Positions 24,978 to 35,633 are shown, counted from the stretch's first letter. The stretch: 64,000 nt of DNA from a virus (IMGVR_UViG_3300028832_000127:12470-76469), one strand, 5' to 3'. Program-made: numbers and translations. Notes: generated by a model not told the origin, from the letters alone.

Positions 24978-25682
24978 TTATTCGTTTGATACCGTGAAAG
25001 TTCCGCTACTTGCAACGTTGCCGTAGAACTTGCCGCTCACAGCATCGTACATTCCGCACTCGTCTGCCTGACGCGCTATGCCATTGCCGTCCAAAGATGC
25101 GGGTATTGCATGGAGTAGCCGGCAGGGGGTGAGGTTCATTATTGTAGCGTTGTTTTTAATAAAACGGAAGTAGGCACATTTGACATTATTAGAATCAGCA
25201 TAAGCAACAAATTCAGAATAGAACAATCGAAATTCTTTTGAACCTAACGCTCCCTTAGTTACCTGATGGGAATCCCCATTTATAACTATTGTATTCGATT
25301 GTGTGCTGATAGTCACATTAGTGGCTGCGAAAGGATTAATATTAATCTCAGATGAGTTGTTGGCAACTCGTAGCCCTTGATAATAGTCCACCGTCTTGCC
25401 AACCATTGTATTTCTTCCATCATCTGAACCAGAGCCAAAGCGTCTCCAAAACAGACACTTCCTATCAGACAAGTTATCTACTTGCGTTTCCCAATCTAAG
25501 TCTTCATTAAGATTATGCAGTGTGTCAATATACGCTGTCCCATCCCCCATCAGCCACGGGTACGACGCGAAGTCGTCTCCCTCGACGAGCCGCGTGAGTT
25601 CCTTGCCGATGCGCACCGTGCTGACATCAACGCCGTTGCGGACGATGCGCTTAATCTTGTGTCCGTTGTAGTATATCGACAT
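24978..25682 (-). CDS. putative tail-tip/receptor-binding protein (LamG-like)
   Basis: WLMGDGTAYIDT..LTPCR..GMYDAVSGKFYGN; low-GC central part. Confidence 0.55.
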   Translation of the reverse strand: MSIYYNGHKIKRIVRNGVDVSTVRIGKELTRLVEGDDFASYPWLMGDGTAYIDTLHNLNEDLDWETQVDNLSDRKCLFWRRFGSGSDDGRNTMVGKTVDYYQGLRVANNSSEININPFAATNVTISTQSNTIVINGDSHQVTKGALGSKEFRLFYSEFVAYADSNNVKCAYFRFIKNNATIMNLTPCRLLHAIPASLDGNGIARQADECGMYDAVSGKFYGNVASSGTFTVSNE

Positions 25683-25685
25683 AGC

Positions 25686-28600
25686 CTAATAGATGTTATC
25701 GTATGTAAAATATACTTGATTCTGCACCACCGTTCCTGCTGTTTCAAGGTCGGCGTAGTCGTCCTCGGTGATAAGGTTCTGCCCCACCCACTGATTGCAA
25801 AGGGTGTTGATGTTAACGCCGACAAGCCGCTGATTTGTTGCGTCCCACACCATCACCTGTCCGTTGCTAAGGTTGCCGCTCTCATCCCTTGTCGCTATCG
25901 GTTCGAGCGTGCCACCTTCATCTCCAATACGGAATACACCCGATGCGTCTGTGCCGAACAGCAAGTCGTTGCTAAGACCGTCGTAATTCTCGACTTTCGT
26001 GCCGCTTAACGAGCCGCTTGCAATTGCCGTCTGCGCACCGTCGCGTAGCGTGATAAAGTTGTTTTCGGACTTGATGTTTACGATTTCCTCGACCGTCTCC
26101 TTGCCTGTAACGTTTAGATTACCGCTGACGGAGAGGTTGCCCGACACCGAGCCGTTGCCCGTTATCGCCGTGCCGCTTGACGAAACCTCGACCTTGTTGT
26201 TTCCGCTCTGTATCTTCGTGTCGGTGTTCTGCGTGTGCCTTTTCGACACCGCGTCGGCTGCATCTGTTGTCGCAATCGAAGTCGCCGCAACCTTGCCGCT
26301 GCTGTTGCTTTCGAGGATTTTCGACGCTGTGAGGTCTGCGGTCGTGATGCTTGTCGCAGCACCCGTGATTGTCGCTTGTTTGCCTTGTATTGCAGTCTCC
26401 GCCGCCGTCATTCGCGTTTCGAGGTCGGAAACCGCGCCCTCACTCGACGGCTGCACGTTGATGCGCTGCCAGCCACCCGTGCGAATAACGATGTCGGCTG
26501 ACGGTGTAATACGCTGCACTCCGCCATTCCACAAGTTGCCAATAGGCTGTGACGCCTTGATTACGTGAGGGTATGAATAGTCGGAATAAAACTCGTTGGA
26601 CACGACATTGTTGCTCATCAGACCCAAAGAATAATATTCCACACCGTGTTCGTCGAGCCATACAGACGGATAGCCTTCACCACCCGTCGCCGCCGTGTTT
26701 ATGATTTCCACGCCGTTGTCAAGTTGCACAGCGTCCACATCCCATACGTTTTCGGCATATTGATATTGATGATAAATTACATTGACAATCTTGTGCGCGT
26801 CGCCGTTTGCGTCTGCCGTGTACGTTCCTATCAACTGCTTGCATCCGTCCTCGGTTTGATAACTTGCGGGGTACGTAATATAGTATTTTAGACCGCTGAC
26901 CATTATTTCTCGCATATCTTGCCGCACCTTGAAGTCCTTTGTGATTGAAGTTGCGCGGTAAATGTAGCCGCCGTTTGGGTTTGGATAAACGAGAACCTGC
27001 TGACCTGCTGGGATAGTTGCGACTACTTCCCCTGCCGTGTATTGATACACATATCCGTCGGTGTAGTTCGCTGTGGTCGTTCCCCTGTGCTGCACGATTT
27101 CGCCATTTGTCGTGCCTTGGTAGGTCGTCAAGTCAACTTGTTTTAGCGCGTCGGGAACGTTGCCGACCGCTGCGTCAATCGCCGCCTTAATGCCGCCGCT
27201 CGTTACGGGGTTGGTGCTTGCCGCCGTCGGTGTGCTGTCAAAGGTGAGGGTGTCTTGTTTATTTGCTATCGCCGCCACGTTGTCCTCGTGTCCCTTCAAC
27301 AACTTGCCGATTGCAACGTTCATACTGTCGCCAATTGCTGGTGCGGAATAGGTCGAAGCCTTGACAAACGCGCTTGTAAGGTTGACGTTTGAGCCGTCGT
27401 AGATGTCCACCAAGTCTTTAAGCGACACCCTGATAACAGACTTGCCGCTGGCTACATTGAACGTGAATTTGAGGTAGGGGACTTCCACCGTTACGCCTTG
27501 CTCCGCCGTTGTGTATAGTTGCACGTTGTCGAGCATACCGTCCACGATGAACTGCGACATATCCACATACGACACCACCGCGCCGCCCTTGCCTTTCAGT
27601 TCAAGATGCTGATTTGAGGAGTTGTAGGCGATGTCGATGGACGAGCCTATTGCGTCGTTTGTGAGGGTCAGGAAGTTGTCGCCTGATGCCACGCCCGTCG
27701 GTGGCTGTGTCGGTGATTGCGTCCACGACTGCGAGCGGATAATGATGTCAGCCGTTGCCGTTATCATTTGTGTGGTCGCGCCCAAAGCCGTGCCGAGGGG
27801 TGCTGTGGCGAGTAGGTAATGCTGCGTTTCTGCCGCGTTTGTGGCGAAGTCTTTGGAGAGGAGCGTATATTGCGCCCCTGCATAGTATTTCGTGCCGTTT
27901 TTGGCGTAAAAGTCGTATATCGCTTGCGTTGTATGCTGTGTCCCCGAAATCGGCAGCACAACGCCGTTGTCGAGGGTAACGGAATTAATCGTAGTGTCCG
28001 TCGCGCTGACGCTTGCTATCTGATGCAAGTCGCCCTCGCTGTCGGGTACGTAACAGCCAACCAACTTCGATTGCTCCGCCGTCGGCAGCGTGGCGTTTGT
28101 GAATATCGTGTAGGTGATGCCCGACACTTCCGCCGTGTAGTAGGACAGCATCTTTGTTGTCGATGCGTCAACGGTCATGTCAGACACGTACTCCACGCCG
28201 TCTTGCATCAATGACACATACCGCGTTCCTTGCGTTATGGTCTTGACGGTCGCGCCAAGTGCGCATTTGTAGGTGTAGCCGTTGACGAGTTGCGCCGTTG
28301 TTGCGCCGTTGTGCATCACAATCTCGTCGTCCTCGCCCGTGTAGGCGTTGATGTCGCGCTGTTTGAGAGCGTCGGACGTTCCACCGCCACCCTCGTTGTT
28401 CTCCAATACTTCAATCCGCCTTTCGTGGTCGGTCAGGGTATCGGAGAGGTTGGCGATGTCGGAAATTTCGTGTGTGTGCTGTGCCGCCGCCTTGCCGTCG
28501 AGTGCTGTTTGCAAACCGTTAACGTCACTTATATTATGTGTGTGGCTTGCCGCCGCCTTGCCGTCCAACGTGGTTTGCAAATTGTTGATTTCGGAGATGT

Positions 28601-29018
28601 TGTGGGTGTGTACTGCCGCAGCCTTGCCGTCCAATGCAGCCTTGACACCGCCCGACTTCACGGGATTTGAGGAATTGGCGGTCGGCTCGTTGTCGAATGT
28701 CAGCGTGGCTTGCTTGCCGTCGAGTGCGGTCTGCAACCCGTTAACGTCCGCGATGTTGTGGGTGTGCGCTGCATTTGCCTTGCCGCTCAATGCGGATTGT
28801 AATGCGCTGATTGCCGCCTCGTTGTTTCCGCAGCGTTCCTGCAATGCGCTGATTGCCGCCGAGTAGTCCTCGCCGCTGCCCGTAATCACAGACACCGCTA
28901 TCTTGACGCTGTTTCCGTTGCTGTCTATGCCATAGACGTAAGCACCCGTCACTGACGTTATCGCCGTACACTCCTGCACGAAGACATTAATTTTTTTATA
29001 TTCTACCGCCGCCGCCAT
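25686..29018 (-). CDS. tail fiber protein (1110 aa)
   Basis: Four HTHNIxDVNGLQTALDGK repeats, duplicated LTFDxxPT..NPVxSGG modules, beta-rich C-terminus. Confidence 0.8.
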   Translation of the reverse strand: MAAAVEYKKINVFVQECTAITSVTGAYVYGIDSNGNSVKIAVSVITGSGEDYSAAISALQERCGNNEAAISALQSALSGKANAAHTHNIADVNGLQTALDGKQATLTFDNEPTANSSNPVKSGGVKAALDGKAAAVHTHNISEINNLQTTLDGKAAASHTHNISDVNGLQTALDGKAAAQHTHEISDIANLSDTLTDHERRIEVLENNEGGGGTSDALKQRDINAYTGEDDEIVMHNGATTAQLVNGYTYKCALGATVKTITQGTRYVSLMQDGVEYVSDMTVDASTTKMLSYYTAEVSGITYTIFTNATLPTAEQSKLVGCYVPDSEGDLHQIASVSATDTTINSVTLDNGVVLPISGTQHTTQAIYDFYAKNGTKYYAGAQYTLLSKDFATNAAETQHYLLATAPLGTALGATTQMITATADIIIRSQSWTQSPTQPPTGVASGDNFLTLTNDAIGSSIDIAYNSSNQHLELKGKGGAVVSYVDMSQFIVDGMLDNVQLYTTAEQGVTVEVPYLKFTFNVASGKSVIRVSLKDLVDIYDGSNVNLTSAFVKASTYSAPAIGDSMNVAIGKLLKGHEDNVAAIANKQDTLTFDSTPTAASTNPVTSGGIKAAIDAAVGNVPDALKQVDLTTYQGTTNGEIVQHRGTTTANYTDGYVYQYTAGEVVATIPAGQQVLVYPNPNGGYIYRATSITKDFKVRQDMREIMVSGLKYYITYPASYQTEDGCKQLIGTYTADANGDAHKIVNVIYHQYQYAENVWDVDAVQLDNGVEIINTAATGGEGYPSVWLDEHGVEYYSLGLMSNNVVSNEFYSDYSYPHVIKASQPIGNLWNGGVQRITPSADIVIRTGGWQRINVQPSSEGAVSDLETRMTAAETAIQGKQATITGAATSITTADLTASKILESNSSGKVAATSIATTDAADAVSKRHTQNTDTKIQSGNNKVEVSSSGTAITGNGSVSGNLSVSGNLNVTGKETVEEIVNIKSENNFITLRDGAQTAIASGSLSGTKVENYDGLSNDLLFGTDASGVFRIGDEGGTLEPIATRDESGNLSNGQVMVWDATNQRLVGVNINTLCNQWVGQNLITEDDYADLETAGTVVQNQVYFTYDNIY

Positions 29019-29181
29019 TGTTATAGTTATAAAATTTTAACACATTTTTAATGTTTTGATGTTGCAAATATATAAAAAAATATCTATGTTTGCAACATCT
29101 TGTAGTGAAATATTTGTTGTTTTTAAGCCTATATTAAGATGTTTGATTGTAACCGCTCTGTCTCACGACGGGGCGGTTTTT

Positions 29182-30087
29182 TTATTTTGTCAGTGGTGTG
29201 CCGCCGTCCGTTGTAAGCACGAACTCCGCCTCATCGTCCGACAGCACCGCCATAGAGTAGCGGTTCACCACCGTAAAGGTCAGGGTGAAGGCTATGCCCG
29301 CGTTTCCGCTGTTTAGTTTCAGGCAGACATCCTCGCAGGTCGCGGATTTGTAGTAACAATCAATCATTTCCGAGAGAGAGCCGACGAACAGACAGCGCAA
29401 TTCGGGAGCCACGATGCGGTTAAGCAACGTGTAATAATTCCTTACGCAGACGGGCATAGATGCCGCACGAATAAGGCATTTTACGCTTATCTCGTTGCTT
29501 GCTATCTGAATAGTGCCGCCGCCGTCATACACCGCACCATTCTCGCTGTTATCGTCGATTGTAAGGCGTTGTTTGACCTTTCCTTGCTGCCTTATCTTGT
29601 CGGTCGTGCCGTCCAAGACGTACACGCCGAACTTGTCGAGACCCTCGTCGTCGAGCGTGATGCCGCCGCCGCCAAGATGCCACTGCGGAACAAGGAGCGA
29701 ATTTGGAGAGTATGGCTCGTCGTCATAGAACGATATGCTAAAAGACTGCCATTTTTCGCTTGTGTGTTTCAGGCTGTTACTATCGACACGCAGGACGATA
29801 AACACGCCCAAATCGGCAAAATTCCATTCAAAATTTGCCTTTGTTTCGAGATGCGCCATAAACCGCTCGTAGCCGTCCAAGCCGTTAGCGTGGAAGTTGA
29901 GCGTTACGGTGCGTTTTGACAGCGTGGGGTTGTGCAAGTCCGCCTCTATGTAGTCGTGCTCCGCCCAATCGTTTGTTTTAACCGATTTCAAGGCGGGAAA
30001 CTGCAAGAGCGACTTGTAACTATCAGGGGCGAGAATTACCCCCAAGTCCTCCAACGGTGCGCCGTCTATGTATAATTGTGCGCTCAT
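29182..30087 (-). CDS. distal tail/minor tail protein
   Basis: LYIDG..DLGVIL..LKSVKTNDWAEHD..DLHNPTL; two-repeat layout typical of Bacteroidales Dit-like proteins. Confidence 0.65.
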   Translation of the reverse strand: MSAQLYIDGAPLEDLGVILAPDSYKSLLQFPALKSVKTNDWAEHDYIEADLHNPTLSKRTVTLNFHANGLDGYERFMAHLETKANFEWNFADLGVFIVLRVDSNSLKHTSEKWQSFSISFYDDEPYSPNSLLVPQWHLGGGGITLDDEGLDKFGVYVLDGTTDKIRQQGKVKQRLTIDDNSENGAVYDGGGTIQIASNEISVKCLIRAASMPVCVRNYYTLLNRIVAPELRCLFVGSLSEMIDCYYKSATCEDVCLKLNSGNAGIAFTLTFTVVNRYSMAVLSDDEAEFVLTTDGGTPLTK

Positions 30088-30284
30088 TTCAGATACTTGT
30101 TAAAAAGTTCGTCAATTGTCACCTTTCCCCCTTTTTCGTACAGCAACAACTTCATTCTGTACGCCTGCGCCTTTGCCGCCACTTTCAGGTTGTGGCGTTT
30201 CTGCAAGTCCTTTGCCTGTTCCGCCGCGCTCATCAGCCGCTTGTACTCGGCGCGGATGGCTTCAATCTGTGTGTCCTCACTCAT
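30084..30284 (-). CDS. hypothetical protein (66 aa)
   Basis: Overlapping small-gene run. Confidence 0.6.
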   Translation of the reverse strand: MSEDTQIEAIRAEYKRLMSAAEQAKDLQKRHNLKVAAKAQAYRMKLLLYEKGGKVTIDELFNKYLK

Positions 30285-30504
30285 TGTCTTTCAGTGATAT
30301 TAATTGCCTTAATAAACCGTCTGTCATTTCGCCGTCTGAATAGAACAGCATTTTGAACATCTCGAAGTACACCGCAGCCGCGCCGAGGTGGTAGTTCCTT
30401 GCCGCGCCGTCCTCTGTCTGTTCAGACCTCGCGATGCACTCCGCGTATTCTCGTTTAATGTGGCGTTTTACCGCCGCCATTTTTGTTTTTTCTGATATTG
30501 TCAT
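30277..30504 (-). CDS. hypothetical protein (75 aa)
   Basis: ATG at 30504 overlapping the previous stop. Confidence 0.6.
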   Translation of the reverse strand: MTISEKTKMAAVKRHIKREYAECIARSEQTEDGAARNYHLGAAAVYFEMFKMLFYSDGEMTDGLLRQLISLKDNE

Positions 30505-30671
30505 TGCTTGCCAAATAAACGTTTGTAAATTTCCGAGTATGCCTTTAACAGACAATCCCACTTGTCCGCCGACACGCTGTCGTGTATCGTCTGACTTGCA
30601 ATCATCAGCCGCTCCGTTTCCTTTATCTGCAAACGCAAATAAAGTTCTACCTCTCGCATTTTGTCCGCCAT
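30501..30671 (-). CDS. hypothetical protein (56 aa)
   Basis: Coupled small ORF. Confidence 0.55.
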   Translation of the reverse strand: MADKMREVELYLRLQIKETERLMIASQTIHDSVSADKWDCLLKAYSEIYKRLFGKQ

Positions 30672-30672
30672 T

Positions 30673-30822
30673 TCATGCCTCCTTTTTTGCCTTGTAATCA
30701 TTGCAAGATTGTGAGCCGTATTTCCGCGTTTCCTGATACAAACAAGCATACTTAATTCGCCGACCATCACGGTACGGATAACGGTTCGCGCAACCCTTGC
30801 AAATGTCGTTCTTTTTGTTCAT
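30673..30822 (-). CDS. small Cys-rich protein (CxxC...C...C)
   Basis: MNKKNDICKGCANR..ACLY..SCNDY. Confidence 0.55.
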   Translation of the reverse strand: MNKKNDICKGCANRYPYRDGRRIKYACLYQETRKYGSQSCNDYKAKKEA

Positions 30823-30911
30823 AGTCTTATATTTTTTTATCAGTTTTTGGCGTGATGTCTCCAAAATCTCCGAGAAAGCACCAAACCGCCAACCGAAAAT
30901 GTTATATTTTT

Positions 30912-33900
30912 TTATGATGTAGCATCTTTCAATATGAAAATCTGCAAGTCGAAGTCACCGTTGTCGGGCGTTTCGACCGCAAAAGTCCAATTGGAAGACC
31001 GCTCGTCCGTGTATCGCGGTCTGTTCACGTCGTTATAGTGCCAATAGCGGCAGAACGCGGAATACCTCGGCTGACAGACAACAAAGCCGCTGAACAGAGA
31101 GAAGGCGTTGTACCAACCGCCGACACCGACCAAGACGCAGTCATTTTGCGGAGAGCCGACGGCAAGGGTCATGTTTCCGCTGCCGACAACCGCAGAATAG
31201 AACGTATCAAACGGCACGTTGCCCTTGTACGTCTTGTTGTTTTGCGTCATACTTGCGTTCCACCTTACGCGCCTGTTCGCGCTCCTGAGCCAAATGCGCC
31301 CCGACCATATCAATGTCGGCACAAGACCCGCGACGGGTTGCAGGCTAACATATTTCAATTTCTTTACCCCCTCCATGTTTCCGCTAAAATGCGAGAACGA
31401 GGGCTGAATGTAGGACGACACGCGGTCGGCTGCGTCTATGTCGGTGGCAACCTCTATTTTTTGCCTTGCGAACAGCCGACGGCTGTCTATGTCGTAAGCG
31501 CGGAAAGAGGTCGTTGAGCGCATCGCCCACGTCGAGAGGGTCGTATCCATGAAGAACCTGCCCTCAACACCACGGAATAAAAACGAGCCGTCCGCAAAGA
31601 ACACTATTTTCGCGTCAGTGAGGATTTTTTCAATGTGGCTGAACACCTCGCCCGTGTTCGGGTCAACATAGTCTATCACGGTCGAAATCGTCAACTTTGC
31701 GCGGTTTCCAATCCAAAACCTGACAAGCCGACGGTAGAAACCCTCGACTTGCTCGCCGAACAGCACGTTGCCGCCCGTAAATCCGCCGTAGTTGCGGTCG
31801 TTTTCCTTGCCGATAACGAGGTCGGACGTCAGCGCACCGTCTTTTATGTTGATGTTGCCTTGTATGACGTTGTTTACAAGGTCAATAAACGTGTTTGTAT
31901 CATTGCTTACAATCTGCGACAGCCGAATTTGGCTGCCTGAAATTTCCACAGACCCAAAGACGTTTGAGTAAGACCGCGAGCCGTTCACCTCAGAGTTCAG
32001 GATACCACAAAGGAAATAGTAATATTCAGGCGTGGACTGCGGCAGGTAGGTGTCCTCCTTGATTTCGACAAGTTCAAAGGATGCGTATATGGTCGAAGGC
32101 TTGTACTTTCCTATGTATTGCGAAACGGCGCGTGTGTCCGCCTTGATGTATAGGTAGTAAGGCGACTGCGGATGCTCGGGGTGCAGCCTTGATGCGCCGT
32201 ACAATCCCCAATAGGGGAACTCTCCGTCCGTGAATTGCTTTACCTCGCCGTCATTGCCGCCGCCGTCGGGGTTGGTGTAGTAGCGGTGGCGCAGCACAAA
32301 GTCCGTTGCATCCGCACCCTCGCCGTACCTGAAAGGCAGCACTATGTCGCCGTGCGCCTCATCCCATTGCGGGTTCCACGATTTTACTTCATAGCCGCCG
32401 TCGGGGACTTCTCCATCCTCGCCAAGCGTACCCGTGATGATACCAAACTGATATTGCAGCGACTTGTCGCCGACAAGCAACTGCATCGTTTGGACGGTCA
32501 CGGGGGATATTCCGCTTGTCCAATAGTTGTTAATAGTCTCCCCCCACTCCTGCAACGCCTTCTGCGTTTCCTCTTGGTCTCGGAAACTGCGCCTTTGGGC
32601 AAAGTTCATTGCCTCGGCGACCTTTGTGTCGGTGTAGGTCTGATTTTGCGCGATTTTCTTTAATTCGCTACTGATGCCCTGCGACACGGTGGAGTTCGAG
32701 AGCGTCAGTTCGGGCGCGTGGGGGTTCGTAAGGTAGGTTTTTATGGAGAGTATGCGGAGCAACCGCCCTGCGGAACAGAAGGCGTCGTCCTTGAAGTTGA
32801 TATAGCCGCCGAGGACAAAATAACGCTCGATTTCGTCCCACTTGTTGACGCTCCAAATGGGGTCAACCGTGCCGGAGAACTCGACCTCAACCTCGGAATG
32901 TTTGTAAAGGTAGTGGCAAGCCTCCAAAAGAAGTTCACGCTCCGCCTCCTCGATATACTCATTTGGCAGCATTACGTGAAAAACGGCAAACTCATCGCCG
33001 ACCTTGGGAACATAACCCGTGCCGCTCTTGCCGTCCTTGTCGGTCACGATGTTGGGCGGCTCTTGTTGGTCATAGTAAGGCAGGTCGGGCATCGTGATGC
33101 CGTCAATCTCGGTGGGTTGTATCAGGAACTTGTGCGTTGCGGGGTCGTAACATTTGCCGTCGCCCATGTCCGCAAGGTTGAACTCCTTGCCCGCCAACAT
33201 TCCCGTATTGAATACGATTGTCACCTGTTCGCCGCCTATAAGATAGTCGTTATAGTTCACCTCGTTGGCATCGGCGAAGATGTCCCAAAAACGGTTTGAC
33301 ATTTCCGCCACCTGTTCGGTGGTCATTGTGGAGCGGTCGCCCGTGTAGCCGTGCAGATAGACGGACGAGATTGTCAGCACCTTGTGGGGGTAGATGTCGG
33401 TGAGGTCGGTGCTGTCCTCATAGCCGTTGTTTATGTAGTCCTGCGGTCTGCGGTGGATGCCGAAGCCGTCCGCGTCCGTGGTAACAACCATTGAAGTCGC
33501 CATTATGCCCTCGCGGACAGAGGGAATGAAAGCGTCAACCTCAGCCTGAGAATACACCGTGCCTTTTTCGGTCGGCTCGGTCGGTTGCACATAGTAGAAC
33601 GTGCCACTCCTCGGAAGTCGGAGTTTGTTTGCGTGGAGCGTCTGCGGTTGTCCTTCTATTACCTTGTCGTAGGTGTAGGTCTGCGCGTTTATGTTGCGGT
33701 CGCCGCCCTCGACCCACAGCACGTCAACCGCTTTTTCTCCGCTGTTTTGGCGCGATACGCCCGTCAAAAAGCCTTTGCCCTTGCCGTACTGCAAAGTGTT
33801 TCTGTCTGACTTTATTTTGTTATATTCCGCCTTGCGTAGATTGATAGTATAGCCGTCGGTAATCTCCCATTCGGTCTCAAAGAGTTGCGCAATCTGATTT

Positions 33901-34367
33901 AGCGCGTCCATTAGCGTGTTATGGCTGAAAGACGCGGTTTTTTCCGCAGATTGGACGCACTCGCCCACCGTCCACGTATTGCCGCCGTCGCGGTAGTTCA
34001 TATTGTCCACGATGTGTTGGACGTACTCAAAGGGCTGCGCAGTCAAGGTGAAGTTCAGCCGACCGTCAACCATATTGCGGAACTTGTATGAGTTTAGGCG
34101 TTTTTGCGGTGCTTCAAAGGTCAGGGTGTAGTCGTACTGCCGCTCGTTTACTTTTGTGACTGCGCCGAGTTCAAGCAGTGTATATTCGCGGCTGTTAAAG
34201 GAGATGTGACAGCCAATGGGAAAGTCGTAAAACTCCGCCATCGAGAATTGTAGGACAATATTGTCGTCGCCCATAATCTCCTGATAGGAATATGAGCCGT
34301 CCGATATTGCGGGCGTTTTTAACACCGTCCGCTCCTGTCCTCGTCCTGTGTAGATTTCTATCTCCAT
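30912..34367 (-). CDS. baseplate hub/Tal-like tail protein (1151 aa)
   Basis: QEIMGDDNIVLQFS, LQYGKGKG, GGDRNI, PKVGDEFAVF, NPHAPELTLSN. Confidence 0.75.
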   Translation of the reverse strand: MEIEIYTGRGQERTVLKTPAISDGSYSYQEIMGDDNIVLQFSMAEFYDFPIGCHISFNSREYTLLELGAVTKVNERQYDYTLTFEAPQKRLNSYKFRNMVDGRLNFTLTAQPFEYVQHIVDNMNYRDGGNTWTVGECVQSAEKTASFSHNTLMDALNQIAQLFETEWEITDGYTINLRKAEYNKIKSDRNTLQYGKGKGFLTGVSRQNSGEKAVDVLWVEGGDRNINAQTYTYDKVIEGQPQTLHANKLRLPRSGTFYYVQPTEPTEKGTVYSQAEVDAFIPSVREGIMATSMVVTTDADGFGIHRRPQDYINNGYEDSTDLTDIYPHKVLTISSVYLHGYTGDRSTMTTEQVAEMSNRFWDIFADANEVNYNDYLIGGEQVTIVFNTGMLAGKEFNLADMGDGKCYDPATHKFLIQPTEIDGITMPDLPYYDQQEPPNIVTDKDGKSGTGYVPKVGDEFAVFHVMLPNEYIEEAERELLLEACHYLYKHSEVEVEFSGTVDPIWSVNKWDEIERYFVLGGYINFKDDAFCSAGRLLRILSIKTYLTNPHAPELTLSNSTVSQGISSELKKIAQNQTYTDTKVAEAMNFAQRRSFRDQEETQKALQEWGETINNYWTSGISPVTVQTMQLLVGDKSLQYQFGIITGTLGEDGEVPDGGYEVKSWNPQWDEAHGDIVLPFRYGEGADATDFVLRHRYYTNPDGGGNDGEVKQFTDGEFPYWGLYGASRLHPEHPQSPYYLYIKADTRAVSQYIGKYKPSTIYASFELVEIKEDTYLPQSTPEYYYFLCGILNSEVNGSRSYSNVFGSVEISGSQIRLSQIVSNDTNTFIDLVNNVIQGNINIKDGALTSDLVIGKENDRNYGGFTGGNVLFGEQVEGFYRRLVRFWIGNRAKLTISTVIDYVDPNTGEVFSHIEKILTDAKIVFFADGSFLFRGVEGRFFMDTTLSTWAMRSTTSFRAYDIDSRRLFARQKIEVATDIDAADRVSSYIQPSFSHFSGNMEGVKKLKYVSLQPVAGLVPTLIWSGRIWLRSANRRVRWNASMTQNNKTYKGNVPFDTFYSAVVGSGNMTLAVGSPQNDCVLVGVGGWYNAFSLFSGFVVCQPRYSAFCRYWHYNDVNRPRYTDERSSNWTFAVETPDNGDFDLQIFILKDATS

Positions 34368-34368
34368 A

Positions 34369-34878
34369 TTATTTAAGCGTACACGGTTTGATTTCGTGGC
34401 ATTTGCCCCGATAAACGCACTCTTTTACCATAAACTCCGCCATTATGTGGTCGTGGTCTCTCATCTTGTCTTTTACCGCCTCCCACACCTTGCGCGTTTC
34501 TGCGTGTGCCTTTCCGCACAGCCTTTTGCGGCTGATGTTTATGAGTGCCTGCGCGTTGGCGGAGATAAGGAGATTTACGGGCGCGTCTTGCGGCAATTCG
34601 GAGCGCGGTGTCTGCGTTGCCGTTCTGTCCTCCCTCGACGTTGACATATAGTAGTTTACGCCTATGAAGTGGGTGCGGAAGTGGTTCGCAACCCAGTACG
34701 GCACACCCACCAGCTCTATGTGGTAGATTTTCTCGCGTAAGGGCGAATGTTCCGCCATTAGCATCGTGCGCACCCACTCCTCTGTCGCCGAGTTTACGAC
34801 CGTGGTCTTGCCGACGGTGTAAAGTGCCGCCTTCTTCACGGTGTCCCAAGTGGTAATATCAGTAATTTTAACTTCCAT
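34369..34878 (-). CDS. thyX: ThyX-like FAD-dependent thymidylate synthase
   Basis: AEHSPLRE, HFRTH, SREDR, NAQALINISRKRLC, CVYRGKCHE. Confidence 0.65.
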   Translation of the reverse strand: MEVKITDITTWDTVKKAALYTVGKTTVVNSATEEWVRTMLMAEHSPLREKIYHIELVGVPYWVANHFRTHFIGVNYYMSTSREDRTATQTPRSELPQDAPVNLLISANAQALINISRKRLCGKAHAETRKVWEAVKDKMRDHDHIMAEFMVKECVYRGKCHEIKPCTLK

Positions 34879-34960
34879 AATCTCAAAAATAAAAATGGCG
34901 GCGTTGCGACGCTCATTGCTGCCAATGTCTGCGGTTGATTCCGCCCGCCGCCATCGTGGT

Positions 34961-35140
34961 TTATCTCCGTGGTTCGCCAAACGGCAAAACAACGCCGTTT
35001 TTGGGCGTTTTGTCCTGTGCCTCGACCTCTGCGCCCTTGATGATGAATTGCGCCAATTCCGCCCGCATTTCAGGCGGCAGAGACATAACATCATACAGGA
35101 CGCCATCCGATGCCTTGACTAATATTTGGACTATCTCCAT
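34961..35140 (-). CDS. hypothetical protein (59 aa)
   Basis: Small ORF between holin and thyX. Confidence 0.55.
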   Translation of the reverse strand: MEIVQILVKASDGVLYDVMSLPPEMRAELAQFIIKGAEVEAQDKTPKNGVVLPFGEPRR

Positions 35141-35147
35141 AATCAAC

Positions 35148-35600
35148 CTATTTTTTTTCGTCCAACTTCTCGCTGATTGCATCAATCAACGCCTTTGCGT
35201 CATTGTCCTTTGCCGCCTTAGCCAAGAACTTCGCCACCATCTCCATGTTCGCACGTTCCTTGTCCGAGGTGCGCTCATAGATGCTCTTTAATTCTATGAT
35301 GCACAAGAAAATAGTGCCGACAAAGGAAAAAAACGGCATCTTTACAACATCAAAGCCGCCCTGCCAAATGCCGACCATTTGCACGGCATCTATGACCGAC
35401 ACGACGAACATCATATTGTAATACTGCCCTATTTTCCTGACGGTCTGCCGCAGACCTTTCGACGACCAAATGAAGCCGTCCTTCTTCGCCTTGCGCCACC
35501 CCGCCACAAAGTCGGCGATGATTGCAAGGAATACTGCCGCATAAAGACCTGCAAATATGATTAAATGCGGCAAAATTACGTTTATAATGTCTCTTATCAT
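35148..35600 (-). CDS. holin (family 4-like)
   Basis: TM..ADFVAGWRKAK..SKGLRQTVRK..TM..IELKSIYE. Confidence 0.75.
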   Translation of the reverse strand: MIRDIINVILPHLIIFAGLYAAVFLAIIADFVAGWRKAKKDGFIWSSKGLRQTVRKIGQYYNMMFVVSVIDAVQMVGIWQGGFDVVKMPFFSFVGTIFLCIIELKSIYERTSDKERANMEMVAKFLAKAAKDNDAKALIDAISEKLDEKK

Positions 35601-35633
35601 TGTTTTTGTTGTCTTGGTTGATGAGGCTGTAAA

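Noticed and set aside
28450-28790. HTHNI..LQTALDGK repeats as a novel element
   Set aside because: Ordinary tail-fiber shaft repeats.
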